64,000 nucleotides of DNA from a virus. The stretch is taken from positions 5,591-69,590 of the IMG/VR virus record IMGVR_UViG_3300010970_000144. One strand, 5' to 3'. Position numbers and translations under genes: made by a program. The first letter of the stretch is position 1, and each line of letters starts with the position of its first letter. The notes below the pieces were generated by a model. That model was given only the letters and a program-made list of their open reading frames with translations, did not search any database and was not told where the DNA came from. Shown here piece by piece: positions 38,001 to 47,008 of the stretch.

Positions 38001-39665
38001 TTTAGTTCATCGGTTACGGCAGGGGGTAAAATATTTACTTCTGCAAGTGTAAATGATAATATTATTGAAGTAATTAATAGCGATACTACAAACGGATATG
38101 GTCTTTATGTAAGGGGTGGCGGTACTGCTTCAAATAGATATGTAGCAAGATTTAAGAACGGTGCTGACTCTGATGTAATGTGGGTTGGAACTTCTAACGT
38201 AGGTATAGGAACTACAAGTCCGGGCGGTAAATTACATATTGCAGGAGATGGAGATGCCTCTAACTTAATAAGGCTACAACATACAGGAACAGGCGGTAAT
38301 GGTTATTTTGATATTAACGTTAATAGTACGGCAGCAAGTTTAGTAGCTAATTATAGTTCAACTGCAATACCAATGTTATTTTTAACAGGCGCTACCGAAC
38401 GTATGAGAATAACAAGCTCAGGAAACGTAGGTATAGGAACTACAAGTCCTTTCAATAAATTAACTGTTGCAAGTGTCCCTGATAGTGGATATGGTCTTAT
38501 AACTATTGCAACAAATTGGGGCAGTAATATTAGTACAGGAATAAAAATAGGTGCAGCAGGAGATAATGGGAGTTCTGGTGTTGATATAAGAGCGCATACA
38601 AATTATTCTGCAACAGGAGATACGCAAATGTCTTTTTGGACTAATGGGGCATCTTTAGCCGAACGTATGAGAATAACAAGCGGTGGTAGAGTTGGTATAG
38701 GAGTAACTGCACCATTGTCACAATTACAAACATCAGGAGATATAGAAGTAGGATATGTAAACTCTCTTAATAATGCAATGGTATTCAATTGGGGTGGTGC
38801 TTCTGCTCACGGTTCAATACAAACTTATTCATCAAGTAATTTAGCATTACAGCCTTACGGTAATAAAGTAGGTATAGGTACTTTAACTCCTACAAGCCTT
38901 CTTGATGTTCAAGGTCCGAGTGGTAGTAATGGTTCTGTCTTATTGACCTTACAAAAAGCTGGTGGATTTGGAGGAACACAATTTTACCAATACTACAGTT
39001 CTTCAAGTGATTATGGAATAAACTTTGGTTTAAATGTATCAAATGCTACTGATGGGAGAGCAGGTATTATTATACGTTCAGATACTGGCGGTAATGGTAC
39101 TCTTGTATTTAATACTTCTTCTGCGGAACGTATGAGAATAACAAGCGGTGGGAATGTGGGTATAGGAACTACAGGAGCATCAAATGTTCGTTTATATGTA
39201 TTAGGTAGCGATACAACAAGTTCAAATTGGAGTTTATATTCTACTGACACAAATGGAAATATTCTTCTTGCTTCAAGAAATGACGGACTGATAGCAACAG
39301 GTACAAGAACATTATCTCCTTATAATTTAACAACAGGAACTGCTGCTAATTTAGTTGTAGATAATTTTGGATATTTATATCGTTCTACATCTTCATTAAA
39401 ATACAAGACCAATGTTCGTGATTATGATAAAGGATTAGATATTATCAATCAAATGCGACCTGTATATTACAATGGTAAAAATGATGGTAACACGCAATTT
39501 GCAGGCTTAATAGCGGAAGAAGTACACGATTTAGGTTTAACTGAATTTGTACAATATGCAAACGATGGGACCCCTGATGCATTATCTTATCCCAATATGG
39601 TTGCTTTATTAGTCAAAGGGATAAAGGAACTTAAAGCAGAATTAGACACATTAAAAAACAAATAA
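35019..39665 (+). CDS. long tail fibre with Gly-X-Y (GTS/GSS) collagen-like repeats and C-terminal peptidase S74 chaperone
   Basis: Three GTS/GSS tracts; ERMRITSxGNVGIGT repeats; SSLKYKTNV..GLIAEEV..LVKGIKELKAE. Confidence 0.9.
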   Translation: MAVQNLITGEFQIRQENGVLVAVNGLVSADTSGTIGTSGSSGSSGTSGSSGSSGISGSSGSTGTSGSSGSSGTSGLNGSSGTSGSSATSGSSGTSGTTGSNGTSGTSGTTGTSGSSGTSGSSGTSGTTGTSGTSATSGTSGTSGSSGIDGTSGTSGSSATSGSSGTSGSSGSSGSSGANGSNGTSGTSGIDGTSGSSGSSGLDGSNGTSGTSGINGTSGIDGTSGSSGSSGSSGSSGTSAIDGTSGSSGTSGTSATSGTSGTSATSGTSGTSATSGTSGTSGYSGDKYYTTSTSTFTLGNAGTITVGTGLAYSVAQSIIVVYDANNFQECEVISYNSGTGALQFAAPVRTVGSGTYSSWTINLDGASGGDGSSGTSGTSGVSGTSGTTGTSGSSGTTGTSGSSGSSGSSGTSGTSGRNGIDGSSGASIANWYGSFSSSLTQTVTAANTPTVITYNTVEISNGTTISGSQIGYQHAGIYEIGYSLQVEKTQGGGAADVEIWLKKNGSDILRTDSILGLSSNSIKQLPFVSIMLELAANDYLEIYFASDSDHVQVTAVPAQTSPYVVPAAPSVIVVTKQVGIAVGTTSGTSGSSGSSGTSGTAGTSGSSGVNGTSGTSGSSGVSGSSGSSGSSGTTGTSGTTGTSGTSGFNGTSGSSGTTGTSGSSGTNGTGGTSGTSGSTGTSGTSGTTGTSGSSGTSGSSGTSGTTGTSGTSAVNGTSGSSGTSGTSATSGTSGFTPTNQVTGTGTTNYLPKFTGTSTIGNSIIQDASTYIDVAGYAFLRRGGKYLLLNPNYAGTTVYADISAEAGMGLSLSANGVTKQLYIDTSGNLGLGVTPSAWGSTVRVLQFENGGSIASNQSTQVSFNNNVYSVPGTNDYYISSAFASRYIQFQGQHIWSTAPSGTAGNAISFTQAMTLNASGNLSIGNTNDTYKLDVSGTGIFRGALTISGPSPLKFKYSDNYDYYGIGYISGADYGFYNYNYGRTDLLFTQSTGAATFSSSVTAGGKIFTSASVNDNIIEVINSDTTNGYGLYVRGGGTASNRYVARFKNGADSDVMWVGTSNVGIGTTSPGGKLHIAGDGDASNLIRLQHTGTGGNGYFDINVNSTAASLVANYSSTAIPMLFLTGATERMRITSSGNVGIGTTSPFNKLTVASVPDSGYGLITIATNWGSNISTGIKIGAAGDNGSSGVDIRAHTNYSATGDTQMSFWTNGASLAERMRITSGGRVGIGVTAPLSQLQTSGDIEVGYVNSLNNAMVFNWGGASAHGSIQTYSSSNLALQPYGNKVGIGTLTPTSLLDVQGPSGSNGSVLLTLQKAGGFGGTQFYQYYSSSSDYGINFGLNVSNATDGRAGIIIRSDTGGNGTLVFNTSSAERMRITSGGNVGIGTTGASNVRLYVLGSDTTSSNWSLYSTDTNGNILLASRNDGLIATGTRTLSPYNLTTGTAANLVVDNFGYLYRSTSSLKYKTNVRDYDKGLDIINQMRPVYYNGKNDGNTQFAGLIAEEVHDLGLTEFVQYANDGTPDALSYPNMVALLVKGIKELKAELDTLKNK
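35115..37220 (+). repeat. Gly-Thr/Ser-Ser triplet repeats (about 35115-35873, 36111-36293, 36765-37220)
   Basis: Gly at every third residue; X/Y almost all Ser/Thr; codons diversified. Confidence 0.95.
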
Positions 39666-39677
39666 AATAAAACAAAA

Positions 39678-40058
39678 ATGGCAACAACAGTATTTGAATG
39701 GGTAATTTCGCAGCTTAATTGTGCAGTTGAATCAGAAGGTCTACCTGACGTTATCAATGTAATACATTGGAGATATAACGCAACCCAAGAGCATGATGGT
39801 AAAATTTATTTTGCAGACACTTATGGTTCATCAAGTGTAGCTCAACCGAATCCACAAAACTTTATTCCTTACGCAGATGTAACAGAAGCTGAAGTTATTG
39901 GCTGGTTGGAAGAAATATTGCCTGTAGAAGCTATGCAATTAGCTCTAGAGAACAATATCGCTCTTCAAATCAATCCGGTTGAGGTTACACTTCCATTACC
40001 ATGGATTTCAACTACAACTACCACAACTACGGCAGCTCCTACAACAACTGCTCCATAA
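39678..40058 (+). CDS. tail-fibre-associated protein with Thr-rich tail
   Basis: Follows the fibre; FIPYADVTEAEVIGW..LPLPW, then TTTTTTTTAAPTTTAP. Confidence 0.65.
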   Translation: MATTVFEWVISQLNCAVESEGLPDVINVIHWRYNATQEHDGKIYFADTYGSSSVAQPNPQNFIPYADVTEAEVIGWLEEILPVEAMQLALENNIALQINPVEVTLPLPWISTTTTTTTAAPTTTAP

Positions 40059-40109
40059 ATATTTTGTTTAATTAAATTAATTTATTAGTTTTGTTAAAAA
40101 TATATATTT

Positions 40110-40451
40110 ATGAAATCAATTGAACTAGTAGTAGCTAAAGAAAACATTGGTGGTAGAGATACCTTTTTAACCACTTATGATTTATTAAAATCAGCAATCA
40201 ATAATCCAACTCAAGGCGGATTTAATGTTGATGAAATGATCAAAAGACTCCGTATATTAGGAGAAGTTGAAAAGTACAAAGAGCTTTTTGAAATCAACCC
40301 AGAAGATTTTAAAGATGATTTTCTTGATAGAAAAGCCACTTTAGAATTAGAAGATGCTGATTTTACCAAGTTAAAAGAACTATTTAAAGAAATGAAATGG
40401 GGAGTGGTATCATCAACAATTGTAGAATTAAGCAAGCAATTGGATAAATAA
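40110..40451 (+). CDS. hypothetical protein (possible fibre assembly factor)
   Basis: ORF preceded by the 13-mer motif at 40068 and a TAGTTTTG box. Confidence 0.5.
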   Translation: MKSIELVVAKENIGGRDTFLTTYDLLKSAINNPTQGGFNVDEMIKRLRILGEVEKYKELFEINPEDFKDDFLDRKATLELEDADFTKLKELFKEMKWGVVSSTIVELSKQLDK

Positions 40452-40482
40452 GTTTCTGGTTTAGTGGTTTATAATAATAAAT

Positions 40483-40510
40483 TAAGCAGGCTGCGAACCT
40501 GCTTTTTTAT
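40483..40510. terminator. terminator between convergent units
   Basis: AAGCAGG-ctgcgaa-CCTGCTT followed by a T run. Confidence 0.7.
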
Positions 40511-41184
40511 TTAATATTATCAGCTATTTGTTTAAAATAATCAGGCAATTTATCGTAAGTGTATAAGTAACTATAATTATGTGGCCTTTTTTTTATGTTT
40601 CTTCTACATATTTTTAATTTTTTAGCCGCTTGCCTAAATGAATCATATTTAATTAGTTCATTTTCAGATATTTGGTAAATTTCTTTTCTTTTAGGAGAGC
40701 TTTTTATTAATTTTATTTTTACATTTTCTGGAGTAATAGCACCCTTCCTTTTATCAGATATTTTTTTTCTAACTTCCGGATTCTTCATTTTTTCGGTTAT
40801 TATTTTAACCATTTTTTCTCTTACTTCTTTTGAGTGTGTTTTACCAAACATGTAATTTTTCTCTCCTTTATGTTTGTTTCTTGTTTCTTCCGTAACTAAT
40901 ACACCTAATGCACCCTCTCCGCCATCAGTAAGATTGCATAATGGCCCTTCGTTTTTATTTGATCTTCCATAAAATGAAATTAAATATTTTTCAATGGATA
41001 GCGCTTCTTCGTAACATATATCTTTGTGCGTTATTTCTACCCTATACTCTGTATTTTTTACGATATTTCTCCAATATGAGTTTCTTCGTAGGTTGACCTC
41101 GTATGCCCTTTTTTCATTTCTGCCAACTCCTATGTAGAAAACATCATTAGTATCTAGTCTTATGTGTCTATAAACTATTGCCAT
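40507..41184 (-). mobile_element. GIY-YIG-like homing endonuclease with NUMOD3-type repeats
   Basis: IVYRH..FYIGVG..RA..E..NLTDGGEG; NYMFGKTHSKEVREKM. Confidence 0.8.
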
Positions 41185-43223
41185 TACAATAATTTTTGTA
41201 TTTCTTTAATAACCATTTCAGCATTTATTGATGTGTGACATTCAAAGTTTTTAGATCTGGGACACCAATCCCAATTTCCAGCATCTAGCCTATATTCTGA
41301 CCAACAATCATGGCATACTGATTTATTGACTATTCTGCTGCATTTTTGAGTAAATTCGTAATGCTCATTAGTAAAGTTGCTAATCATAACTACATGGGTT
41401 CCTAATCCAAAAGCCAACCAGCTTAGCCCTGAGCTTAAAGATACTTGAAATTTAGCATTTGCAATTATATTCATTGTATTTTCAATAGACGTATCTTCCA
41501 GTGGCTCGCAGTTGTCAAATGGGTTTTTCTCTTTTGAAACATTTATTACCTTGTACCCGTTTTCCGTAAGCCAATTTATAAGGATTTGCCAGTCGTGTCT
41601 TTGCCAGAACTTGCATTGAGCTGTGGAATTGGTCGCTATTGTCACATAGCTGCCCAAATTTGAGCTTTTTTTGTCGTACTTGAGTCTTGGTGCCACTTCT
41701 GTAAATTCAAGCCCCAAAATGTTGGTTGCTGCCTTTTGTAGTGGTATGGTATTCGGCTCTACTGGCTCTCTGTTTGAATCATAAAAATAACCAATCTTGT
41801 ACATAGCGTAACAGCTAACAGAAGTCCCCGGCTCCACTAATTCCAATTCCGGATAGTCCAGTATCTTATTCCAAAAAGTGGACACTATAACCTTACATTG
41901 ATGCTTTTTTCTAAATTCCTCACAATAACCAATCCAAGCCATTGTGTCCCCTAAACTTTTGCTTTCAAAGGCTATAAACACGCTTTTGCCATGCAGGTCT
42001 AATATGTTCTCGTATATTAGCTGCCCGTCTTGATATATGTACGTTTTCCATTTGGTATAGTATTGTCTATTAAGCCTTACCCAGCTATTGCTCTTGATTG
42101 TGTTTTGGTAATGGCACACATCATTTTCATCATAGAATCTAACATCAAAGTCGCTATCGCTTTCTCCTTTGATTTCAAGGAAAGGGTGGTTAATGAAGTT
42201 TTGTGTAATGCGGACATTCTGTACTTGTGCAGGGAGTTCTAGTATCTTTTCGTAGGCCTCCTGATGCTTCATTGCAAAGTGAATAGATTTGTTGTCCTTT
42301 GGTATTTTATACCAGCACATTAGCGTATGCAAATTTGTGTGTTCTATAGGTTCAATATAATCATCATACATTCCGGCATACTGCGGAAGATTCCGCGCAA
42401 CAATGGGCAGTCCATGTCCGATTGCCTCACGAAGCACTAATGGATTACATTCCCATGTAGAATTAAACATGAATATATCTGATGCTGTCATGAAGTTGTG
42501 AATATCAGTTCTTTCGCCCCATACCTTTACATTTGATGGTAGGTCCTGCATCAATGGTTCCCAATAGCTTTTGAAATTTCCGGCTTGATTGCCAACGAAG
42601 TGAAACATCATGTCAGGGTACTTACGGGCTATTTCAAGTCCTTCCCTTTGATTCTTGCCCGGAGTCCATAAGCCTACATTCAGTACATGCTTTTTGTTTC
42701 TATCAAATTTAAGTTCATCTTGACATATCGTTTGGAACTTTTTAAGGTTCTGTTCTTCTATTGGATAAAGTATTGTAACATACTTTGATTCCAAGTCTGC
42801 AAATGTTTCTTCATGGTATGGAGTACAAAAAGAAAATAAGTCTGGGTGAAATACTTTGCTATTCGGATCAAACGAGATGTCATGACATGTTTCTACTATT
42901 CTGTACTTTCTATCTGGGTTGTAAAGCTTCTTTATCATCTCCCTATCCAATCTTTCAGACATTTCATCTATATGGATTATATCGGGCTGGAAGTATTCTA
43001 TCACATCAAATAGCTCCATCTTATTCTCATAAAGGGTAGTAAAATTACTACCAATTAGTACCCTTATAGTGTTCCTTTGGACCACATAATCTAATCCATG
43101 GCACTGATACTCTACTACATAATATTGATTATCAGTGTGGTTTCTCATGCTCTCTAATCTCTTTAATACGAATTGAGGGCAGCCACCTGTACTAAGATGC
43201 GGAGTTAAAAATAATATTCTCAT
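41184..43223 (-). CDS. GT4 glycosyltransferase fused to Aah/TibC-like protein O-glycosyltransferase
   Basis: N-half: HLSTGG, NVG..KNQ, ECNPLVLREA; C-half: SLGDTMAW, LSSGLSWLA, VMISNFT, CHDCW..WCPR..FEC. Confidence 0.8.
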   Translation of the reverse strand: MRILFLTPHLSTGGCPQFVLKRLESMRNHTDNQYYVVEYQCHGLDYVVQRNTIRVLIGSNFTTLYENKMELFDVIEYFQPDIIHIDEMSERLDREMIKKLYNPDRKYRIVETCHDISFDPNSKVFHPDLFSFCTPYHEETFADLESKYVTILYPIEEQNLKKFQTICQDELKFDRNKKHVLNVGLWTPGKNQREGLEIARKYPDMMFHFVGNQAGNFKSYWEPLMQDLPSNVKVWGERTDIHNFMTASDIFMFNSTWECNPLVLREAIGHGLPIVARNLPQYAGMYDDYIEPIEHTNLHTLMCWYKIPKDNKSIHFAMKHQEAYEKILELPAQVQNVRITQNFINHPFLEIKGESDSDFDVRFYDENDVCHYQNTIKSNSWVRLNRQYYTKWKTYIYQDGQLIYENILDLHGKSVFIAFESKSLGDTMAWIGYCEEFRKKHQCKVIVSTFWNKILDYPELELVEPGTSVSCYAMYKIGYFYDSNREPVEPNTIPLQKAATNILGLEFTEVAPRLKYDKKSSNLGSYVTIATNSTAQCKFWQRHDWQILINWLTENGYKVINVSKEKNPFDNCEPLEDTSIENTMNIIANAKFQVSLSSGLSWLAFGLGTHVVMISNFTNEHYEFTQKCSRIVNKSVCHDCWSEYRLDAGNWDWCPRSKNFECHTSINAEMVIKEIQKLL

Positions 43224-43235
43224 AGGTTAATTGAT

Positions 43236-43538
43236 TTAATATCTTTCAAAAAGGAATCTACCAACAAATGGGTGGATTTTAACCATTCCATATTTTTCTA
43301 TAATTTTTACAACATCATCAGATCGTAATGATTGATGTAAATTTTTGACTATCTCTCTGAATGATTCTAAATCATTATCTTTTTTTAAATTTTGACAATC
43401 TTCGCAAATAGGCATCAGGTTTTCAAATTCCATTGATTCAGGTTGCATTTGGTCAACTTTAACTTCTTCTATGGTAATTCTTTGGCCACAATAAGCACAA
43501 AGACCATCATATTTTTCGTATATTTTTTCTATGTTCAT
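43236..43538 (-). CDS. degenerate HNH-like zinc-finger protein
   Basis: CAYCG..VDQMQP..NLMPICEDCQ; catalytic DH and CN residues replaced. Confidence 0.6.
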   Translation of the reverse strand: MNIEKIYEKYDGLCAYCGQRITIEEVKVDQMQPESMEFENLMPICEDCQNLKKDNDLESFREIVKNLHQSLRSDDVVKIIEKYGMVKIHPFVGRFLFERY

Positions 43539-43541
43539 AGG

Positions 43542-44888
43542 TTATTGGTTTATAAATTCTTTAATCTTTTCAATGTTCTTTTCTCCATGATAAAATAGCA
43601 AATGCTCTTTATGTGAAGGTACTTTAATCCATGGCCCTATTAGATTATCGTGACCAGTAAATTCAAGTTCTTTATGTAACCCATTGATGTAGCAGTATGG
43701 CAAGCCTCCAAAAGCCATTCGCTTATATAGTAACGCTTGTAATACGGTTTCTTCGTGGAAGGGTGCATAGTGGTTATGGTTCTTTAAGATTTTAGGGTGG
43801 TTGCACATCCAGTGCCATTCCTCTAAGAAATCAATAGTATTTTGCCCTGCTACATAATATCCTGTTTGCCTGTACCTGTTGCGTACATACTGGTTAATGT
43901 TGAATAGTTCACAAGCCGGAGCTTCCAATGTAGTGCTTAAATCCGTCCTACTTTCAGCGCCACCTCTACCATTAACCATAAGGTATTCATATATACCCTC
44001 TGTAAAAAATGGGTAGCTTGATTCATCATTATAGAAAGTAAAGATATTGTCAACGTATGGACTAGCCACAGAATCAGAGTCAACGTAAGCAATCGTTTCT
44101 GCATAGTTTTCAAGTGCGTGTTTGGTTATTAAAGGTCTTTGTATAAGTAATTTGTAAATGCTTTTATTGGATCTATCAATGTATTCGGACCTTTGTTTCA
44201 GGTGCTTCACATCACAATCCCATCTAATTGTTTTGGTATTTTCTATGTCGGTAATCTTCTTATCAGAGTTTAGCATGTAAACTAATATTGGTACTTCACT
44301 GAACTTACGGATAGATTCAGCGCATACTTGGACCAAATCAAAATAAGATTCATCAGCGTACAATAGGTAGGCTTTCTCATGCTTCTGGGTTCTGTTTACA
44401 TAGTAGCCATAATACTGGTTAGCGTAAAGTAATTGTAGTTCTGGGTATCTAGTTTCCATCACTGCCGGAGTCAAGTCAGGCTGCAAATGTGCTTCATGGA
44501 CGTTACCTTCATGCTCTCCCTGTTCCATAAGGTATGGTACTGCCACTAGACATTGCTTACCGCTATTGACTATCTTTTTGATGATACTTTGTGCATCTTC
44601 CACAGACAAATGTTCAAGCACATCACCCATGATAATAAACTCGTAATAGTCAAAATGGAAACCAACTACGCTCTGTATGAATACGTTGTTGTACTTCTTA
44701 TCTAATTGATAGTTAACTACATAAGGTTCGTATATCTCTACGCAATCCATGTAGTAGCCATAGTTTTTTAGCATATCAGCATAGGTGCCAATACCAGCCC
44801 CCACATCTAATATCTTTTTGTTTATGTCTACATTGTCTACTATGTAATCTCTTACCTCTTGTTTGAAAAATTGAAAGCTGGTTGGCAT
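43542..44888 (-). CDS. class I SAM methyltransferase fused to GT-A glycosyltransferase
   Basis: ILDVGAGIG, GDVLEHL; C-half YVDSDSV (DxD), QTGYYV, HEET, LFYHGEK. Confidence 0.75.
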   Translation of the reverse strand: MPTSFQFFKQEVRDYIVDNVDINKKILDVGAGIGTYADMLKNYGYYMDCVEIYEPYVVNYQLDKKYNNVFIQSVVGFHFDYYEFIIMGDVLEHLSVEDAQSIIKKIVNSGKQCLVAVPYLMEQGEHEGNVHEAHLQPDLTPAVMETRYPELQLLYANQYYGYYVNRTQKHEKAYLLYADESYFDLVQVCAESIRKFSEVPILVYMLNSDKKITDIENTKTIRWDCDVKHLKQRSEYIDRSNKSIYKLLIQRPLITKHALENYAETIAYVDSDSVASPYVDNIFTFYNDESSYPFFTEGIYEYLMVNGRGGAESRTDLSTTLEAPACELFNINQYVRNRYRQTGYYVAGQNTIDFLEEWHWMCNHPKILKNHNHYAPFHEETVLQALLYKRMAFGGLPYCYINGLHKELEFTGHDNLIGPWIKVPSHKEHLLFYHGEKNIEKIKEFINQ

Positions 44889-44958
44889 AAAATTAATTTA
44901 ATTAAGCAAAAGTAATTAATTTAATTAAATAAATATATCTTTGCCTAAAATAATTATT

Positions 44959-45336
44959 ATGAAAATAGAAGTAAGCATTGGCGAGATAGCCGATAAGTAC
45001 ACCATCTTAACCATCAAATCATTTGAAATTTTAGACGAGGAAAAGCAAGCCAACATTAAAAAGGAATGGAAGTACATTAACCAAGTAATCAAAGAGAACT
45101 TTAAGGAGTTGGCATCAGACAAGCTAACGCATAGGCTTCTGGATATAAACAGGCAGCTATGGGTGGTAGAAGATTCGCTACGAGATTGCGAAAATGACAG
45201 GGATTTTGATAAGCTATTTGTCTTTTTGGCAAGACAGGTTTATAGACTAAATGACCAGAGAGCAGCCATCAAGAAAGAAATTAACATTAAGTACAAGTCC
45301 GACATCATAGAGGAGAAGTCATATAACGCATATTAA
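44959..45336 (+). CDS. DUF6165-like protein (glycosyltransferase-associated)
   Basis: IEVSIGEIADKYTIL.IK..LWVVEDSLR..VYRLNDQRAAIKKEIN..EEKSY; start revised to ATG at 44959. Confidence 0.75.
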   Translation: MKIEVSIGEIADKYTILTIKSFEILDEEKQANIKKEWKYINQVIKENFKELASDKLTHRLLDINRQLWVVEDSLRDCENDRDFDKLFVFLARQVYRLNDQRAAIKKEINIKYKSDIIEEKSYNAY

Positions 45337-45383
45337 TTTATAAAATACGGCAGAATTTGGCAGAAAAAAGTTATTTTTGATAG

Positions 45384-45821
45384 ATGAATAGACTCGCTAT
45401 CATAATGATTTTTTTCTGTAGCTGCGCTTCGGTTAAGAAAACCGAGAGGAGAATGGACAGCACAGTAACCAGATCCATTGATAGCGTGAGAGTTACGTTC
45501 TATGACAGCGTTACAAAGGTAATAGAAAAAGAACAATACTTTACTAAAACAATAACATACTACGATACCCTATGGGTAACCAAAGATAGTATGATAACCA
45601 TTCCAAAGTATACAGAAACTTGGACTTCTGGCAGCCGCGAGAAGCAATCTGAATCCAAGTTAACCAAAAAAGATTCTGCCAATATTTCAAAGGCGGAAGA
45701 AATCACAAAAACCATAGTTGAAAAAGATAAGAAGAAAATGGCCAATAACTTTTATAAGTTCTTGTTCTTTATTCTTATTGCCCTATTTGTTATTTACATT
45801 TATACCAAAGTAAAAAAATGA
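45384..45821 (+). CDS. lipoprotein with C-terminal TM helix (unimolecular-spanin architecture)
   Basis: Lipobox FFCSC; C-terminal FLFFILIALFVIYIY; first gene of the lysis cluster. Confidence 0.55.
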   Translation: MNRLAIIMIFFCSCASVKKTERRMDSTVTRSIDSVRVTFYDSVTKVIEKEQYFTKTITYYDTLWVTKDSMITIPKYTETWTSGSREKQSESKLTKKDSANISKAEEITKTIVEKDKKKMANNFYKFLFFILIALFVIYIYTKVKK

Positions 45822-45900
45822 AACGTATAAATCATAATATCAAGGGGTATGTATTAGCTATTGTTTACGTTATTATTGTACTCTTAATATCATTATTTAT

Positions 45901-46161
45901 ATGAAAAAATTATTCAATTGGGTAGCAGGATTCTTTTCGGCAGATAGCCCAAATTCAAGCAAAAGATTAGTAGGTATTGTTGGTGCCGGTTTCTTATACT
46001 GGACACTTTATTCAAATTCACATAGCGAAAGTCATGTAGTTCCAGCCGAATCATTAGTATGGGGTACTGTAACTTTAGTATGTACTTCTTTAGGATTAGC
46101 TTCTGTAAAGGAGATAGGAGATTTAATTGGAAACTTTAAAGGCAACAAAACATCTGAATAA
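45901..46161 (+). CDS. putative holin
   Basis: SSKRLVG motif followed by two TM helices. Confidence 0.6.
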   Translation: MKKLFNWVAGFFSADSPNSSKRLVGIVGAGFLYWTLYSNSHSESHVVPAESLVWGTVTLVCTSLGLASVKEIGDLIGNFKGNKTSE

Positions 46162-46164
46162 AAA

Positions 46165-46425
46165 ATGGAAGCAACTATTGAAAAGCAAGTTGAACAAACG
46201 TGGCACTCAAAAGCTTCGTTAGTTATTTTACTTCTAACAATTTTAGGAGGCTACTATGGTCTTACCGGAAAGTTTGAAGATGATGGTAAAAAGTATGAAA
46301 ACCATGAAGTCCGTATCGGTCAGTTAGAAGCTGATAAGAAAGAGATGAGAGATGACATCAAAGACATCAAGAAAACCAATGAGCAGATTCTAATATTATT
46401 ACAAAATAAAGCAGATCGTAAATAA
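46165..46425 (+). CDS. single-TM coiled-coil lysis protein (holin/spanin-like)
   Basis: TM helix followed by coiled coil. Confidence 0.5.
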   Translation: MEATIEKQVEQTWHSKASLVILLLTILGGYYGLTGKFEDDGKKYENHEVRIGQLEADKKEMRDDIKDIKKTNEQILILLQNKADRK

Positions 46426-46718
46426 TGGCAAAGGCAGTAAGAAAAAAAGCGGAAGAGTCGGAAGGCTTAAAGATAGGTGCTAATCCTTTACCTATTTCAT
46501 TTAAAGAGTTTAGCAAGAATCCAGTTGTTGGCATGTTATTTTTATGCATCTGCGGTATCAGTTACTTGTATATGGACAACGCAAAGCGTAACGAAAAGCA
46601 AGACGAAAAGATAGGCGCTTTGTACGAAATGGTGCGCAAAAGCGATAGCAGTAATGCAGCAAGCACGGCTCGTTTAGAAATGGCAGTAGACCTAAAAGCT
46701 CTTAAAAAATTCAAGTAA
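46425..46718 (+). CDS. single-TM membrane protein in lysis cluster
   Basis: NPVVGMLFLCICGISYLY TM helix plus coiled coil. Confidence 0.5.
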   Translation: MAKAVRKKAEESEGLKIGANPLPISFKEFSKNPVVGMLFLCICGISYLYMDNAKRNEKQDEKIGALYEMVRKSDSSNAASTARLEMAVDLKALKKFK

Positions 46719-47008
46719 TGCGTTATTTGATATTCATAGCTTTGTTAGGTTGTGGCACCAAAGCAGATAACCAAATCAAAGAGTTGCAAGACAAAGTAGA
46801 ACAAAGCCAAGTGCAGAGTGTAGCGGTGCAAGGCGTGGCTTCTGAAGATAATAAAAAGGTAATAACTAAAACAGTGAAAACGATAGTTACCTTAAAAGAA
46901 GAAGTTAAAGAATTAAAAACAGAACTAAATGAAGTTAAAGCTAAATTGGATTCTGCTAATTCTGTTGATACTAATAGCACCAAGTTTCAGCTCCGCCCAA
47001 TACGTTAA
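46718..47008 (+). CDS. lipoprotein, spanin-like
   Basis: Lipobox LLGC followed by coiled coil. Confidence 0.55.
   Translation: MRYLIFIALLGCGTKADNQIKELQDKVEQSQVQSVAVQGVASEDNKKVITKTVKTIVTLKEEVKELKTELNEVKAKLDSANSVDTNSTKFQLRPIR

Noticed and set aside
35019-40058. Diversity-generating retroelement or invertase shufflon acting on the fibre
   Set aside because: No reverse transcriptase, adenine-mismatched template repeat or recombinase seen in the window
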